From NCBI GenBank assembly GCA_046290825.1, contig JBKBTZ010000001.1, positions 29,364-93,363 on the forward strand: 64,000 nucleotides of DNA. The letters run 5' to 3'. Each line of letters opens with the position of its first letter. The first letter of the stretch is position 1. Position numbers and translations under genes: made by a program. This DNA is from Limisphaerales bacterium (GTDB lineage: Bacteria > Verrucomicrobiota > Verrucomicrobiia > Limisphaerales > DSYF01). The notes below the pieces were generated by a model, which was not told where the DNA came from, made no database searches, and saw only the letters and a program-made list of their open reading frames with translations. Below are positions 47,732-56,701 of the stretch, piece after piece.

Positions 47732-48589
47732 ATGAATCCCGTTCTGCTGCTTCGCACCGCCCGCGCCCTGCTGCTTCTTCCGTTGGCTGTCCTGCTCGCT
47801 GGTTGTCCGGCCTCGAATCCTGGCCCGCCCGCGCCCCCGGCCATCGTCGTGCGCGGCTCGAACACCATCGGCGAGGAACTGGCCCCGGCGCTGGCGGCGG
47901 CATTCCAACAGCAGCGGCCCGGCGTCACGTTTGATTTCGAGTTCAAGGGCACCACCTACGGTTTCGGGGCATTGATGGCGGGCCGGGCGGACATCGCCGC
48001 CGCCTCGCGCCCCGTCTCGACCAACGAACTCAAGCTCGCCGCCGACCGGGGCATCACTTTGGCCGACGCGCTCATTGGCTCCTATGCCGTGGCCGTGGTG
48101 GTGAATGCGGACAACCCCGTGGCGCGCCTGACCCCCGCGCAGGTCAAGGGCCTGTTCACCGGGGCGATTCAAAACTGGAAGGAGGTCGGCGGCCCGGACC
48201 GGACGGTGGCGGTTCACATTCGCGACCTGGTCTCCGGCACGCACCTTGGCTTCCAGGAGCTGGCGATGGACCGCGAGCCTTATGCGCTCACCGCGCAGTT
48301 GCACACCTCCTATGAAGCCATCGCAAAAGCCGTCGCCGCCCAGCCGGGAGCCGTCGGCTTCACCAGCCTCCCCGTGGCCGCGCAACCGGGGGTGAAGGCG
48401 GTGGCCATCGGCGACGTGGCCCCGACCGCCGAGTCCGTGCAGAAAGGCGAATATCCCTACGCCCGCAAACTCCATCTCTTCACCGATCCGGCGAAGTCCT
48501 CCCCGCAGGCCCGGGAGTTTGTGCAATTCGTGCTCTCGCCGGAGGGGCAGCGCGTGCTGCAGGCGCGCGGTTTTGTGCCGGCCCGCTGA
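47732..48589 (+). CDS. PstS-family (phosphate/oxyanion-type) periplasmic substrate-binding lipoprotein
   Basis: Lipobox-like LLAGC. IVVRGSNTIGEELAPALAAAF, GTTYGFGALMAGRADIAAASRP and VQKGEYPYARKLHLF blocks (PBP_like_2 pattern). Confidence 0.75.
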   Translation: MNPVLLLRTARALLLLPLAVLLAGCPASNPGPPAPPAIVVRGSNTIGEELAPALAAAFQQQRPGVTFDFEFKGTTYGFGALMAGRADIAAASRPVSTNELKLAADRGITLADALIGSYAVAVVVNADNPVARLTPAQVKGLFTGAIQNWKEVGGPDRTVAVHIRDLVSGTHLGFQELAMDREPYALTAQLHTSYEAIAKAVAAQPGAVGFTSLPVAAQPGVKAVAIGDVAPTAESVQKGEYPYARKLHLFTDPAKSSPQAREFVQFVLSPEGQRVLQARGFVPAR

Positions 48590-48607
48590 CGCGACCGGCG
48601 GCGGACC

Positions 48608-49153
48608 TCATTCGGCCCGGAGAATCCGCGCCGCCGCCGCCGGCAGATCGTCCACCACCCAGGCGCGCGCCAGCGCGGGCGGCGCCTCGCGTTCCAATGC
48701 CGCGCCGTAGCCGGTGCGAACGAGCACCGCGCGCTTCACGCCCGCGTTCCAGCCGCACTCGAGATCAATCAACTTGTCGCCGATCATGTAACTGGCGGCC
48801 AGGTCCAGGCCGAGTTCATCGCGGGCATCGAAAAGGAATTGCGGGCTGGGCTTGCGGCCGCGGCTTGGCTGGCCGGGGGCCTCGGGCGCGAAATAGATTT
48901 TCGCGATGCGCACCCCGTCGGTGGCGAGCAATTCGCGCAGGCGGTCGTTCACCCGGTGCATGTCGGCCTCGGTGTAGTAGCCGCGCCCGATGCCGGACTG
49001 GTTGGTGACGATGACCAGCGTGAACCCGGCGTCCTGCAGCCGCCGCAACGCCGCGCCCGCGCCCGGAAACAGCGCCACCCCTGCCGGGTCGGCCAGGTAT
49101 TCGCGCTCTTCGATGAGCGTGCCGTCGCGGTCCAGAAAGATGGCGGGCGACAT
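48608..49153 (-). CDS. gmhB: D-glycero-D-manno-heptose-1,7-bisphosphate phosphatase (HAD-IIIA)
   Basis: IFLDRDGTLIEE (DxDGT), VIVTNQSGIGRGYY and MIGDKLIDLE motifs. Confidence 0.75.
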   Translation of the reverse strand: MSPAIFLDRDGTLIEEREYLADPAGVALFPGAGAALRRLQDAGFTLVIVTNQSGIGRGYYTEADMHRVNDRLRELLATDGVRIAKIYFAPEAPGQPSRGRKPSPQFLFDARDELGLDLAASYMIGDKLIDLECGWNAGVKRAVLVRTGYGAALEREAPPALARAWVVDDLPAAAARILRAE

Positions 49154-49201
49154 GGGAAGCGGGCCGCCTGCCGGAAAACCGGCGGGCGGCCCTGACGGGC
49201 C

Positions 49202-50389
49202 TCAAATTGCCTTTGGCATCCTGGTCCACGCGCCCTTTTTGGCGGAGGATTTCACCGCGGTCTCGATGAACGCCAGCCCCGTCCAGCCATCGGCAATCGT
49301 CGCGTATTTGCTGCCGTCGGCTCGCACTCTGCCGGTTGCCTGCCACTGGCGGATGTCCGCCTCGAAGCAGCGATGCAGCCGGGCGAAGGCGTCGTGGAAC
49401 GCCTCGGGGTGGCCGGGCGGGATGTTCGGCTCGGCCATCAGGTCCGCGGGCAGGTCCTTCAGGAAACCGTCGTTCGCCGTCACGGCGCCGCGGTAGTAAA
49501 CCCGGTCCGGCTGGCCGAGCAGGCTGATGGTGATGGCCTCGGGATCCTCCTGCCGCCAGCGCAGCGAGCCTTTGGTGCCGCATACTTCGATGCCGAGGTC
49601 GTTCTTGTGGCCGATGCAAATCTGCGACGCGCGGACCAGCGCCTTGGCACCGTTGCTGAGTTTGCAGTAGGTCGTGAAGTGGTCGTCCAGCGGACGGCCC
49701 GGGACGAACGTTTCCAGGTTGGCGCTGACCTCGGTGACCTCGAGGCCGGTGACGTAACGCAACTGCATGAGGGCGTGCGTGCCGATGTCGCCGCCGCAGC
49801 CGGATGCGCCGGCGAGCTTCGGGTTGACGCGCCAGGAGGCCTGCTGCTGGCCGGTGGCTTCCAGCTTTGTCGCGAGCCAGCCCTGGAGGTAATAACTGTC
49901 CACCCAGCGCACCTCGCCGAGCAGGCCGCTGCGCACGATGAAGCGCGAGAACCGGCTCGTCCAGTGGCCGAGATAAGTATGCGCCACGGCGAAGGGCACG
50001 CCGGTCTTGCGCTGGAGCTTCACCATTTCGGTGGCCTGTTTGAGGTTCACGGTCAGCGGCTTCTCGCACATCACCGGGATGCCCGCCTTCATCGCCTTCA
50101 TCGCCGGGTCGTAGTGGACGTGGTTCGGCGTGACGATCAGGATGTAATCCAGTTTCTGATCCGGCGGCAGCGTGGCGTTGGCCGCGATCATTTCGTCGTA
50201 GGAGGGGTAGCCCCGGATCGGATAGGGCCAGTTGGCCGCCTCCTCGAGCGCGACTTTGGGGTCCGGAAACAGCGCGCCGGCGGTGACGCGGCGGGTGCCG
50301 TCGAAGTGAATCGCCCGTTGGTGGGGCTGGACGATGAACGCGCCCTTGCCGCCGCCGACAAGCCCGACATTGAGAGGTCGTTGTGCCAT
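49202..50389 (-). CDS. Gfo/Idh/MocA-family NAD(P)-dependent oxidoreductase
   Basis: Start at ATG 50387-50389 (MAQRPLNVGLVGGGKGAF, Rossmann fold). MCEKPLT motif. Confidence 0.8.
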   Translation of the reverse strand: MAQRPLNVGLVGGGKGAFIVQPHQRAIHFDGTRRVTAGALFPDPKVALEEAANWPYPIRGYPSYDEMIAANATLPPDQKLDYILIVTPNHVHYDPAMKAMKAGIPVMCEKPLTVNLKQATEMVKLQRKTGVPFAVAHTYLGHWTSRFSRFIVRSGLLGEVRWVDSYYLQGWLATKLEATGQQQASWRVNPKLAGASGCGGDIGTHALMQLRYVTGLEVTEVSANLETFVPGRPLDDHFTTYCKLSNGAKALVRASQICIGHKNDLGIEVCGTKGSLRWRQEDPEAITISLLGQPDRVYYRGAVTANDGFLKDLPADLMAEPNIPPGHPEAFHDAFARLHRCFEADIRQWQATGRVRADGSKYATIADGWTGLAFIETAVKSSAKKGAWTRMPKAI

Positions 50390-50535
50390 GGGATTGTTGC
50401 GTTGTGCTGTGTGTGATGGGTGAACGAATTGCGCCCCCAACTTAGGCGCGGGCGGCAGGCCGGGAAAACCAAAAAAGCGGCGTGGACTTTGCCGTGACTT
50501 GGCGGGGAACGCCTGCTAGACACGGCGCGCCGTTC

Positions 50536-51219
50536 ATGAACCCGCTGCGCCAACTGCTCGAACGCTCGCCCGGCCATGCCCGCGTCGCGCCGTTCTTCCT
50601 CTTTGCCGCGCTCACCTTCGCGCAAGGCATGTTCGGCGCGGATGGCAAGTATTGGATTTACGCGGTCAAGACGATCCTCGGCGTCTGGATCGTGTGGGAA
50701 ATGCGCCGCGTCGTGGCCGAGGCGCGCTGGGCCATCAGTTGGGAGGCGGTCGTCATTGGCATTGTCATGTGCGTCGCGTGGATTGGGCTGGACCCGTTCT
50801 ATCCGATGAACCACGTCATCATGAAACCCGTGCCCGGGGACGAATGGGTGCCTTTCGAGCGATTCGGCGAAAACTCCGTCACGGCCTGGGCGCTGATCGT
50901 CATCCGCACCTTCGGCATGACGTTTGTGGTGCCGCCCATCGAGGAGGTGTTTTACCGGTCGTTCGTCTATCGGCTGTTCATCAAGAACGACTGGGAGCAG
51001 GTGCCCCTCGGATATTTCGCCGGCGCGTCGGTGGTGGCAGCCTCAATTCTCTTCGGCCTGATGCACTACCAATGGCTGCCCGGCATCCTCTTCGCGCTGT
51101 CCATGCACTGGCTGGTCATCCGCAAACAGCGCCTCGGCGACGCCATCACCGCCCACGCCATCACCAATTTCCTGCTCGCCGTCTGGGTGGTGTGGAAGGA
51201 CGATTGGAAATTCTTCTGA
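50536..51219 (+). CDS. CPBP-family intramembrane glutamic endopeptidase (CAAX protease-like)
   Basis: IEEVFYRSFVY (EExxxR), FGLMHY and HAITNFLLAV motifs. Multiple TM segments. Confidence 0.8.
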   Translation: MNPLRQLLERSPGHARVAPFFLFAALTFAQGMFGADGKYWIYAVKTILGVWIVWEMRRVVAEARWAISWEAVVIGIVMCVAWIGLDPFYPMNHVIMKPVPGDEWVPFERFGENSVTAWALIVIRTFGMTFVVPPIEEVFYRSFVYRLFIKNDWEQVPLGYFAGASVVAASILFGLMHYQWLPGILFALSMHWLVIRKQRLGDAITAHAITNFLLAVWVVWKDDWKFF

Positions 51220-51235
51220 CCGGAGGGGGCCGGCC

Positions 51236-52852
51236 ATGATCCCCTGCATTCTCCACGAGGATGAACACCTGCTCGTGGTGGACAAGCCCGCCGGGCTGAA
51301 CACCCACGCGCCGGCGCCCTTCGCCGGAGAGGGACTTTACGACTGGCTCCGCCACCGCGAGCCGCGCTGGGCCACGCTCTCCATCATCCACCGGCTCGAT
51401 AAAGAAACCAGCGGCGTCATGTTGTTTGGCAAATCCCCCCTCGCCAACCGCGCGCTCACCCAACAGTTCACCGCGCATACTGTCGAGAAAACCTACCTCC
51501 TGCTCACCGACCGGCCCGTGCGGCGGGACGCCTTCATGGTGAAGTCCACGCTCGTCCGCGTCGGGGAGAAATACACCGGCACGCGGACCGGCGGGGAGCC
51601 GGCGGAGACGCATTTCCGCGTCCGGCGGCGCGCAGGGGGTTGCGCGTTGCTTGAGGCCCGCCCGCACACGGGGCGGACGCACCAAATTCGCGTCCACGCG
51701 GCCGAATCGGGCCTGCCGATTCTGGGCGACACGCTCTACGGCGGCACACCGGCCGCGCGGGTGCATCTGCACGCGGCGGAACTGGCTTTCCAACACCCCG
51801 CCACCGGCGCGGAATGCCGGTTCGCTTCTCCGGTGCCGTTCGCGGCAGGGGGATTGCCGACCGCAGCCAATCTGGAGGTCCCTCTCGCCCGGCGAAACGC
51901 GCTGCTCGCGCCGGCGGAGACCGACGCGTTCCGTTTGCTTCATGGCGCGAGCGACGGCTGGCCGGGCTGGTATGTCGAGCGGCTGGGGGATTTCCTCTAC
52001 TCGCAGGCCGTCGCACCGCTGTCGCCGGAACAACTCGACACCCTTCGCGACCTGCTCACCGCCACCGGCACGCGCGGCGCGTATCACAAGCGTCTCGACC
52101 GCCAGGTGCGCCGCGCCGCGCCCGACCAAGTCGCGCCGCAACTCGTGCTCGGGAACCCCGCCCCGGACCGCTTCGTGGTGCGCGAGAACGGACTGTGCTT
52201 CGAGCTGAGTTTCCAGGAGGGCTATTCCGTCGGCCTGTTCCTGGATCAACGCGACAACCGCCGCCGTTTCCTGACCGGGCACGTCGCCGCCGGATTCCCG
52301 TTGCAGAACGCGGAGCGCGAAACGGGGGGCGCGGAATTGTTGAACACCTTCGCCTACACTTGCGGCTTCTCGGTGGCCGCGGCGCAAGCGGGCTGGCGGA
52401 CGACGAGCCTCGACCTGTCGCGGAAATACCTCGATTGGGGCCGCCGCAACTTCGCGCTCAACGACCTCGATCCGGCGACGCACAATTTCATCTTCGGCGA
52501 CACGTTTGACTGGCTGCGGCGGCTGGCCAAAAAAGGTCGGCGGTTTGACGCGGTGGTGCTGGACCCGCCGACGTTTTCGCAGTCGAAGGCGGGCGGGGTG
52601 TTCCGCGCGGAGAAGGACTACGGCGCGCTGGTGCGGGCGGCGCTGGCCGTGCTCGCGCCGGACGGTGTGCTGTTCGCCTCGACCAACACGGCGGGCTGGC
52701 CGCCGGAGCAGTTTATCGCGGCGGTCCAGGGGGCCGTCCAGGCGGCGGGCCGGACCATCCGGGCGGAACACTTCATCCCGCAGCCACCCGATTTTCCCGT
52801 GAGCCGCGCGGAGCCGGGGTATCTCAAAACCCTGTGGTTGCGCGTGGCCTGA
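51236..52852 (+). CDS. Fusion protein: RluA-family pseudouridine synthase + RlmI-like class I SAM-dependent RNA methyltransferase
   Basis: N-terminal half: LLVVDKPAGL, HRLDKETSGVMLF (catalytic Asp), TGRTHQIRVH. C-terminal half: LLNTFAYTCGFSVAAAQAG...SLDLS and FDAVVLDPPTFSQSK (RlmI/RlmK-type motifs). Confidence 0.8.
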   Translation: MIPCILHEDEHLLVVDKPAGLNTHAPAPFAGEGLYDWLRHREPRWATLSIIHRLDKETSGVMLFGKSPLANRALTQQFTAHTVEKTYLLLTDRPVRRDAFMVKSTLVRVGEKYTGTRTGGEPAETHFRVRRRAGGCALLEARPHTGRTHQIRVHAAESGLPILGDTLYGGTPAARVHLHAAELAFQHPATGAECRFASPVPFAAGGLPTAANLEVPLARRNALLAPAETDAFRLLHGASDGWPGWYVERLGDFLYSQAVAPLSPEQLDTLRDLLTATGTRGAYHKRLDRQVRRAAPDQVAPQLVLGNPAPDRFVVRENGLCFELSFQEGYSVGLFLDQRDNRRRFLTGHVAAGFPLQNAERETGGAELLNTFAYTCGFSVAAAQAGWRTTSLDLSRKYLDWGRRNFALNDLDPATHNFIFGDTFDWLRRLAKKGRRFDAVVLDPPTFSQSKAGGVFRAEKDYGALVRAALAVLAPDGVLFASTNTAGWPPEQFIAAVQGAVQAAGRTIRAEHFIPQPPDFPVSRAEPGYLKTLWLRVA

Positions 52853-52867
52853 CGGTCGCGGCCAGGG

Positions 52868-54595
52868 TCACGTGTTGGGCGGAATCATGCGCCATTGGCC
52901 GCGAATCATGGCCCGGACCGAGGGGGTGAGCGGCGGCAGTTTGGCGGGGTCTAGGAAATTGCGGTCGAAATACCAGTTGCGGTTCGGAGGGTTGTAGATG
53001 TCCGGCCCGGTGCCGGTGCCGCGCCACGGAGCGGTGGCGTATTGGCTGCGGTAGAGGACGATCATCGAGCCATTGTAGGTCAGGTTGCGGCTGCTCCAGT
53101 TCTCGAGGAAGCGCGGAAAGTTTTCGACCCCGCCACTGTAGTAGCCGTTGCCCGTTTCGACGATGCCGGCGAGGAAGGCGGCATTAACGGTGGTGTGACT
53201 GGCGGAACGGTTGGCCAGGGGTTTGGCACTGTTGGTGTCCTGCCAACTGCCGGAGAGGATGGTGATGGCATCGGCCACAATGGCGGCGGGCTTGGTGCTG
53301 GCGGTATTGGTCGTTCCCACGGCGGAACCGGTGGCATTGTAGTGGCCCAGGACGTAGAGCGGGTTGGGGGTGGCCACGGTCAGCCCGAGGGGCGGAAGCG
53401 AGGCACCGTTGATGAGGCGGACGCCGGTGCCGGTGGTGCTGTTGCGGGAGCGGTTGTCGGCCACATACACCGAGTGGATGTCCCGGCCCAGGGCATTGCG
53501 GAGCGCGTTGTTGCCCGCGGCGTTCCAGGCCACCAGCCCGGCCACGTTGATTTCGGTAAGCTTGATGGTCTTCTGCTCGCGCTTGTCATACAGCGTGCGG
53601 TCCAGCCGGACAAAATTGCTGACCGAGGCCCAGCTCAGGTTGGGGCCGTTGCCGTTGCCGACGCCGCCGCCACGGACGGAGACGTTGTTGTCGGTGACGA
53701 CGATGACGAGGTCGGCGTTGTTGTAGAAACGCTGGCGGCCGAGGTCGGAGTTGGGCGACTCGTTGTTCGGGGGGATTTCGACGATTTGCCGGACGGCCTC
53801 GGGGGTGTTGGCGGTGCCGATGGGCAGGTTGAGGCTGGTCACGCCGCTGTCGTGCTCGGCGAGGAACTGGACGCTGCCGCCGGTGCGGTAATTGGGATCC
53901 AGCGGATGCTTGTCGGGAATGATTTCGCCGGTGGAGGTGACGTCGTTTTGAAAGGTTAGCGGCGAGCCGGGACGGGTGTAGATGTTGGCGTTGGCGTGGA
54001 CGCGCCCGCCGATCACCATCGGGGCGCCGGGATGGATTTCCAGATTGAGGTTGTAGAAGATGGCGAACTGGTAGATCGGGATGAGGGCCAGTTGCACATC
54101 CTGTTGCACCGCGCCGAGCAATTCGCGGCCGGACTCGAGGTCGCGGGCGTTCGAGGTCACCCGGAAGGTGGCGGCGTAGCCCTTCAGGCCGGCGTATTGC
54201 GAGATCAATGGCGCGCCGTTGGTCCAGGGCTGGATGACCTGGAGCCGGGTTTCGTTCTGGTTGCCCTGTCCGTTGCTGAAGCGGAAGCGGCCCCAGTGGG
54301 GATGCTGGGCGGCCTTGGGAACGCGGGTGCGGTAGGTGGGCATCTTGCTGTTGACCACGCCCGCGCCCTGCTGGGCAAAATCCTGCCCGATCTCCGCCAG
54401 CACGAGTTCGGTGGCGGCTTCGGCGGCGGCTACCGTGACAGCGTGCCGGACGGATTGATCGGTGATGTGGGTCGTCCCGGCGGTCCAACGGAGGGTGCCG
54501 GCAAAAATGATCAGCGCGATCGCTCCGAGACCGAGCACGATCAACAGGGCGGAGCCGCGTTGGCACTGGCGGGAATGGACGGAAAGCAAGCGCAT
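52868..54595 (-). CDS. Large pseudopilus-associated secreted protein (GspK/PilX-like N-terminus)
   Basis: Start at ATG 54593-54595 (MRLLSVHSRQCQRGSALLIVLGLGAIALIIFAGTL). 575 aa, Asn/Thr/Gly-rich. It is the last gene of the pseudopilin cassette. Confidence 0.55.
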   Translation of the reverse strand: MRLLSVHSRQCQRGSALLIVLGLGAIALIIFAGTLRWTAGTTHITDQSVRHAVTVAAAEAATELVLAEIGQDFAQQGAGVVNSKMPTYRTRVPKAAQHPHWGRFRFSNGQGNQNETRLQVIQPWTNGAPLISQYAGLKGYAATFRVTSNARDLESGRELLGAVQQDVQLALIPIYQFAIFYNLNLEIHPGAPMVIGGRVHANANIYTRPGSPLTFQNDVTSTGEIIPDKHPLDPNYRTGGSVQFLAEHDSGVTSLNLPIGTANTPEAVRQIVEIPPNNESPNSDLGRQRFYNNADLVIVVTDNNVSVRGGGVGNGNGPNLSWASVSNFVRLDRTLYDKREQKTIKLTEINVAGLVAWNAAGNNALRNALGRDIHSVYVADNRSRNSTTGTGVRLINGASLPPLGLTVATPNPLYVLGHYNATGSAVGTTNTASTKPAAIVADAITILSGSWQDTNSAKPLANRSASHTTVNAAFLAGIVETGNGYYSGGVENFPRFLENWSSRNLTYNGSMIVLYRSQYATAPWRGTGTGPDIYNPPNRNWYFDRNFLDPAKLPPLTPSVRAMIRGQWRMIPPNT

Positions 54596-54608
54596 GGCGG
54601 AGGGCGGG

Positions 54609-55220
54609 TTATTCCAGCGCCCGGCGGGTGACCCGGGTGCGGATGTGGTAGTAGTCGTAGAGAAAGCCGCTCTGGGGCGCGCCGTCGGGATTCTGGTCCT
54701 GGTTGAACAGCAGGGTGACGCTGATGACGCGGTTGTTGAAATTGTTGGAAAGCACACGCCCGAACCCGTCCTCCGAGGCAAAGACCAGCGTGTTGGTGAC
54801 GGCGCGGGCCAGCACGACCTCCGGTTCGCCGCTGACGAACCGCTTCAGCAGGTCGTCGTCCGTGTCGCAGTAGTAACGGATGAAGGTGTTGGTGTTGGTT
54901 TTGACGGGATAGATTTGCAGGGCGTTGCCGACCTGGGGCTGACCAAAAGGCACCTCGGTGAAAGTCGTTGCCCCTCCGTTGCCAACGCGCACGATGCCGG
55001 CCATGCGCACATCCGCAGCCAGCCGGTTGAGGGCGTTGCGGGCGTCGTTGCAGGACGAAAGCTTCAGCTTCACCTTTTGATCGTAGCGCAAAACGAAGAG
55101 GTGCAGGGCGAGGAAGCCGGCCATGGCCAGGCCGAAAATCGCGCTGGTGACCATGACTTCCGGCAGCGTCATGCCCCGGCAACGGCGATGAATGGCGGCG
55201 ATGGGTGGGCGGCAGTTCAT
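54609..55220 (-). CDS. Prepilin-type N-terminal cleavage/methylation domain pseudopilin
   Basis: 16-aa leader ending in G, then MTLPEVMVTSAIFGLAMAGFLAL. Its start overlaps the upstream stop (ATGA at 55217-55220). Confidence 0.75.
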   Translation of the reverse strand: MNCRPPIAAIHRRCRGMTLPEVMVTSAIFGLAMAGFLALHLFVLRYDQKVKLKLSSCNDARNALNRLAADVRMAGIVRVGNGGATTFTEVPFGQPQVGNALQIYPVKTNTNTFIRYYCDTDDDLLKRFVSGEPEVVLARAVTNTLVFASEDGFGRVLSNNFNNRVISVTLLFNQDQNPDGAPQSGFLYDYYHIRTRVTRRALE

Positions 55221-55669
55221 TGGTCGGGCGCGCGATAGGTGGCGATGCGGTTGGTGAAAAGCCGACCGCCGAACGGCCAGACCGTTTCAACGCGGATCAG
55301 CTTAACGGGGGGGCTGCTCGAGACCGGGGTGATGCTGACCCGGGTGGTCGCGAGCACCAGATTCGTGCCGGCCACCGGCACGTCCAGGATGTCCTCCGTT
55401 TCGGGGAAATTGGCCGCCACCAACTGATCCACGGGCGGGGACGACTGCGTATCCCATTTCGCGGCGCGGACATTTTCGAGTTGCTGCAGGGCCAGGGAGT
55501 GGGCGGCCAGATGATAGGCGGACCATTCTGCCCGCCGGGCGGAATGCAGGTAGCCGGTCAGCAGGCCGCTGAACACAATGCCGCCGATCGCCAGCGACAC
55601 GACCACCTCGGTCAGGGTCAGCCCGGCGCTGGCCGCCCGGCGGATGGTAACGGGGGACAGCATCTCCAT
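55217..55669 (-). CDS. Prepilin-type N-terminal cleavage/methylation domain pseudopilin
   Basis: Leader MEMLSPVTIRRAASAG, then LTLTEVVVSLAIGGIVFSGLL. The start is uncertain (55669, 55663 or 55735). Confidence 0.7.
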   Translation of the reverse strand: MEMLSPVTIRRAASAGLTLTEVVVSLAIGGIVFSGLLTGYLHSARRAEWSAYHLAAHSLALQQLENVRAAKWDTQSSPPVDQLVAANFPETEDILDVPVAGTNLVLATTRVSITPVSSSPPVKLIRVETVWPFGGRLFTNRIATYRAPDQ

Positions 55670-55923
55670 ACGCAGCCCGGTTGTCGCAGCCCCCGTGCCA
55701 ACGCTCACCAAGGGCCGGAACCCTCTCAATGCCAATAATATGACATTGTCCTTCCGTATTATCTGGAGAAATGAGACACGGTCACCCGGGGCGGTTCCGG
55801 TCTGTCTGCTGACTGCGTCGCCTTAGCGCGAGTCAAGGTCTGGCGGCTGCCGGAGCCGGCTCGCAGGAATGCAACCGGCCCGGGTGGTGATGGCTGGCGC
55901 GCTGCTGCCGCAACGAACCATGG

Positions 55924-56430
55924 TCACGCCAGCCGCGTCAACACGCGCGGGGGCAGCAGCATTTCCAAGGTCGCGTCGCCGCCGCCGGTGGAGCGGTTCC
56001 ACTCGAATACCGCAAGGCCGGCCTTCTTGAACTCCAGCGCGGCCCCGAGCGGGTTGCCCGTCAACAACAGGGAGGCCAGTTCGCCGAGGTCGGGCTGGTG
56101 GCCGACGAGCATCGTGCTGCCCGCGCGGGCATGACTCTTTTTCACGAGGGCGAGCAGCGAGACCGGCTTGCCACCCGGCGCGAGCGCGTGGCAGTCGTGC
56201 AGATGTCGGGCGCGGCCCAGTTCCGCCGCGACGATTTCCGCCGTCTGCCGCGCCCGGACGAGCGGGCTGGTGAGAATCACATCGGGCACCAGTTCCAACC
56301 GGGCCAGCGCGCGGGCGACGAGTTCGGTCTTGCGACGGCCCTCGGCGGTCAGCGGGCGGGTGTCATCATCTTCGTAGCCGGGGGTGCCGGGTTCCACCGC
56401 GATGCCGTGGCGCAGGAGCAGGAGCTTCAT
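55924..56430 (-). CDS. sixA: Phosphohistidine phosphatase SixA
   Basis: Start at ATG 56428-56430 (MKLLLLRHGIAV, RHG motif). LTAEGRRK, and LVGHQPDLGEL near the C-terminal half. Confidence 0.8.
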   Translation of the reverse strand: MKLLLLRHGIAVEPGTPGYEDDDTRPLTAEGRRKTELVARALARLELVPDVILTSPLVRARQTAEIVAAELGRARHLHDCHALAPGGKPVSLLALVKKSHARAGSTMLVGHQPDLGELASLLLTGNPLGAALEFKKAGLAVFEWNRSTGGGDATLEMLLPPRVLTRLA

Positions 56431-56701
56431 GGGGTGCGGCGGCAAGGAAACCGGGGAACACCGCGCAAGGGAAGTCTGAACCCTGCGCGGGAGGAGCGCG
56501 GACCTCTGATCCGCAGCTTTGCGCGGGTCTCCGGGCGGCATCGGAGTGCTTGGGGGTGGCTGCGGACGAGGACGTCCGCGCGCCGTTATCGCCGACCCGC
56601 ATCCCTTCAAAACCGAGAGGCATCCGGGCGGGTGCGGGGAACGGGCGGTTTCCCCGAATTGGCGCTTGGGCCGCCGCCGTCCGCTTTGTTACGGTTCGGG
56701 C

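Noticed and set aside
46475-48526. 683-aa ORF on the minus strand
   Set aside because: It is antisense to the His/TPR and PstS-like genes. Its composition is typical of a spurious GC-rich frame.
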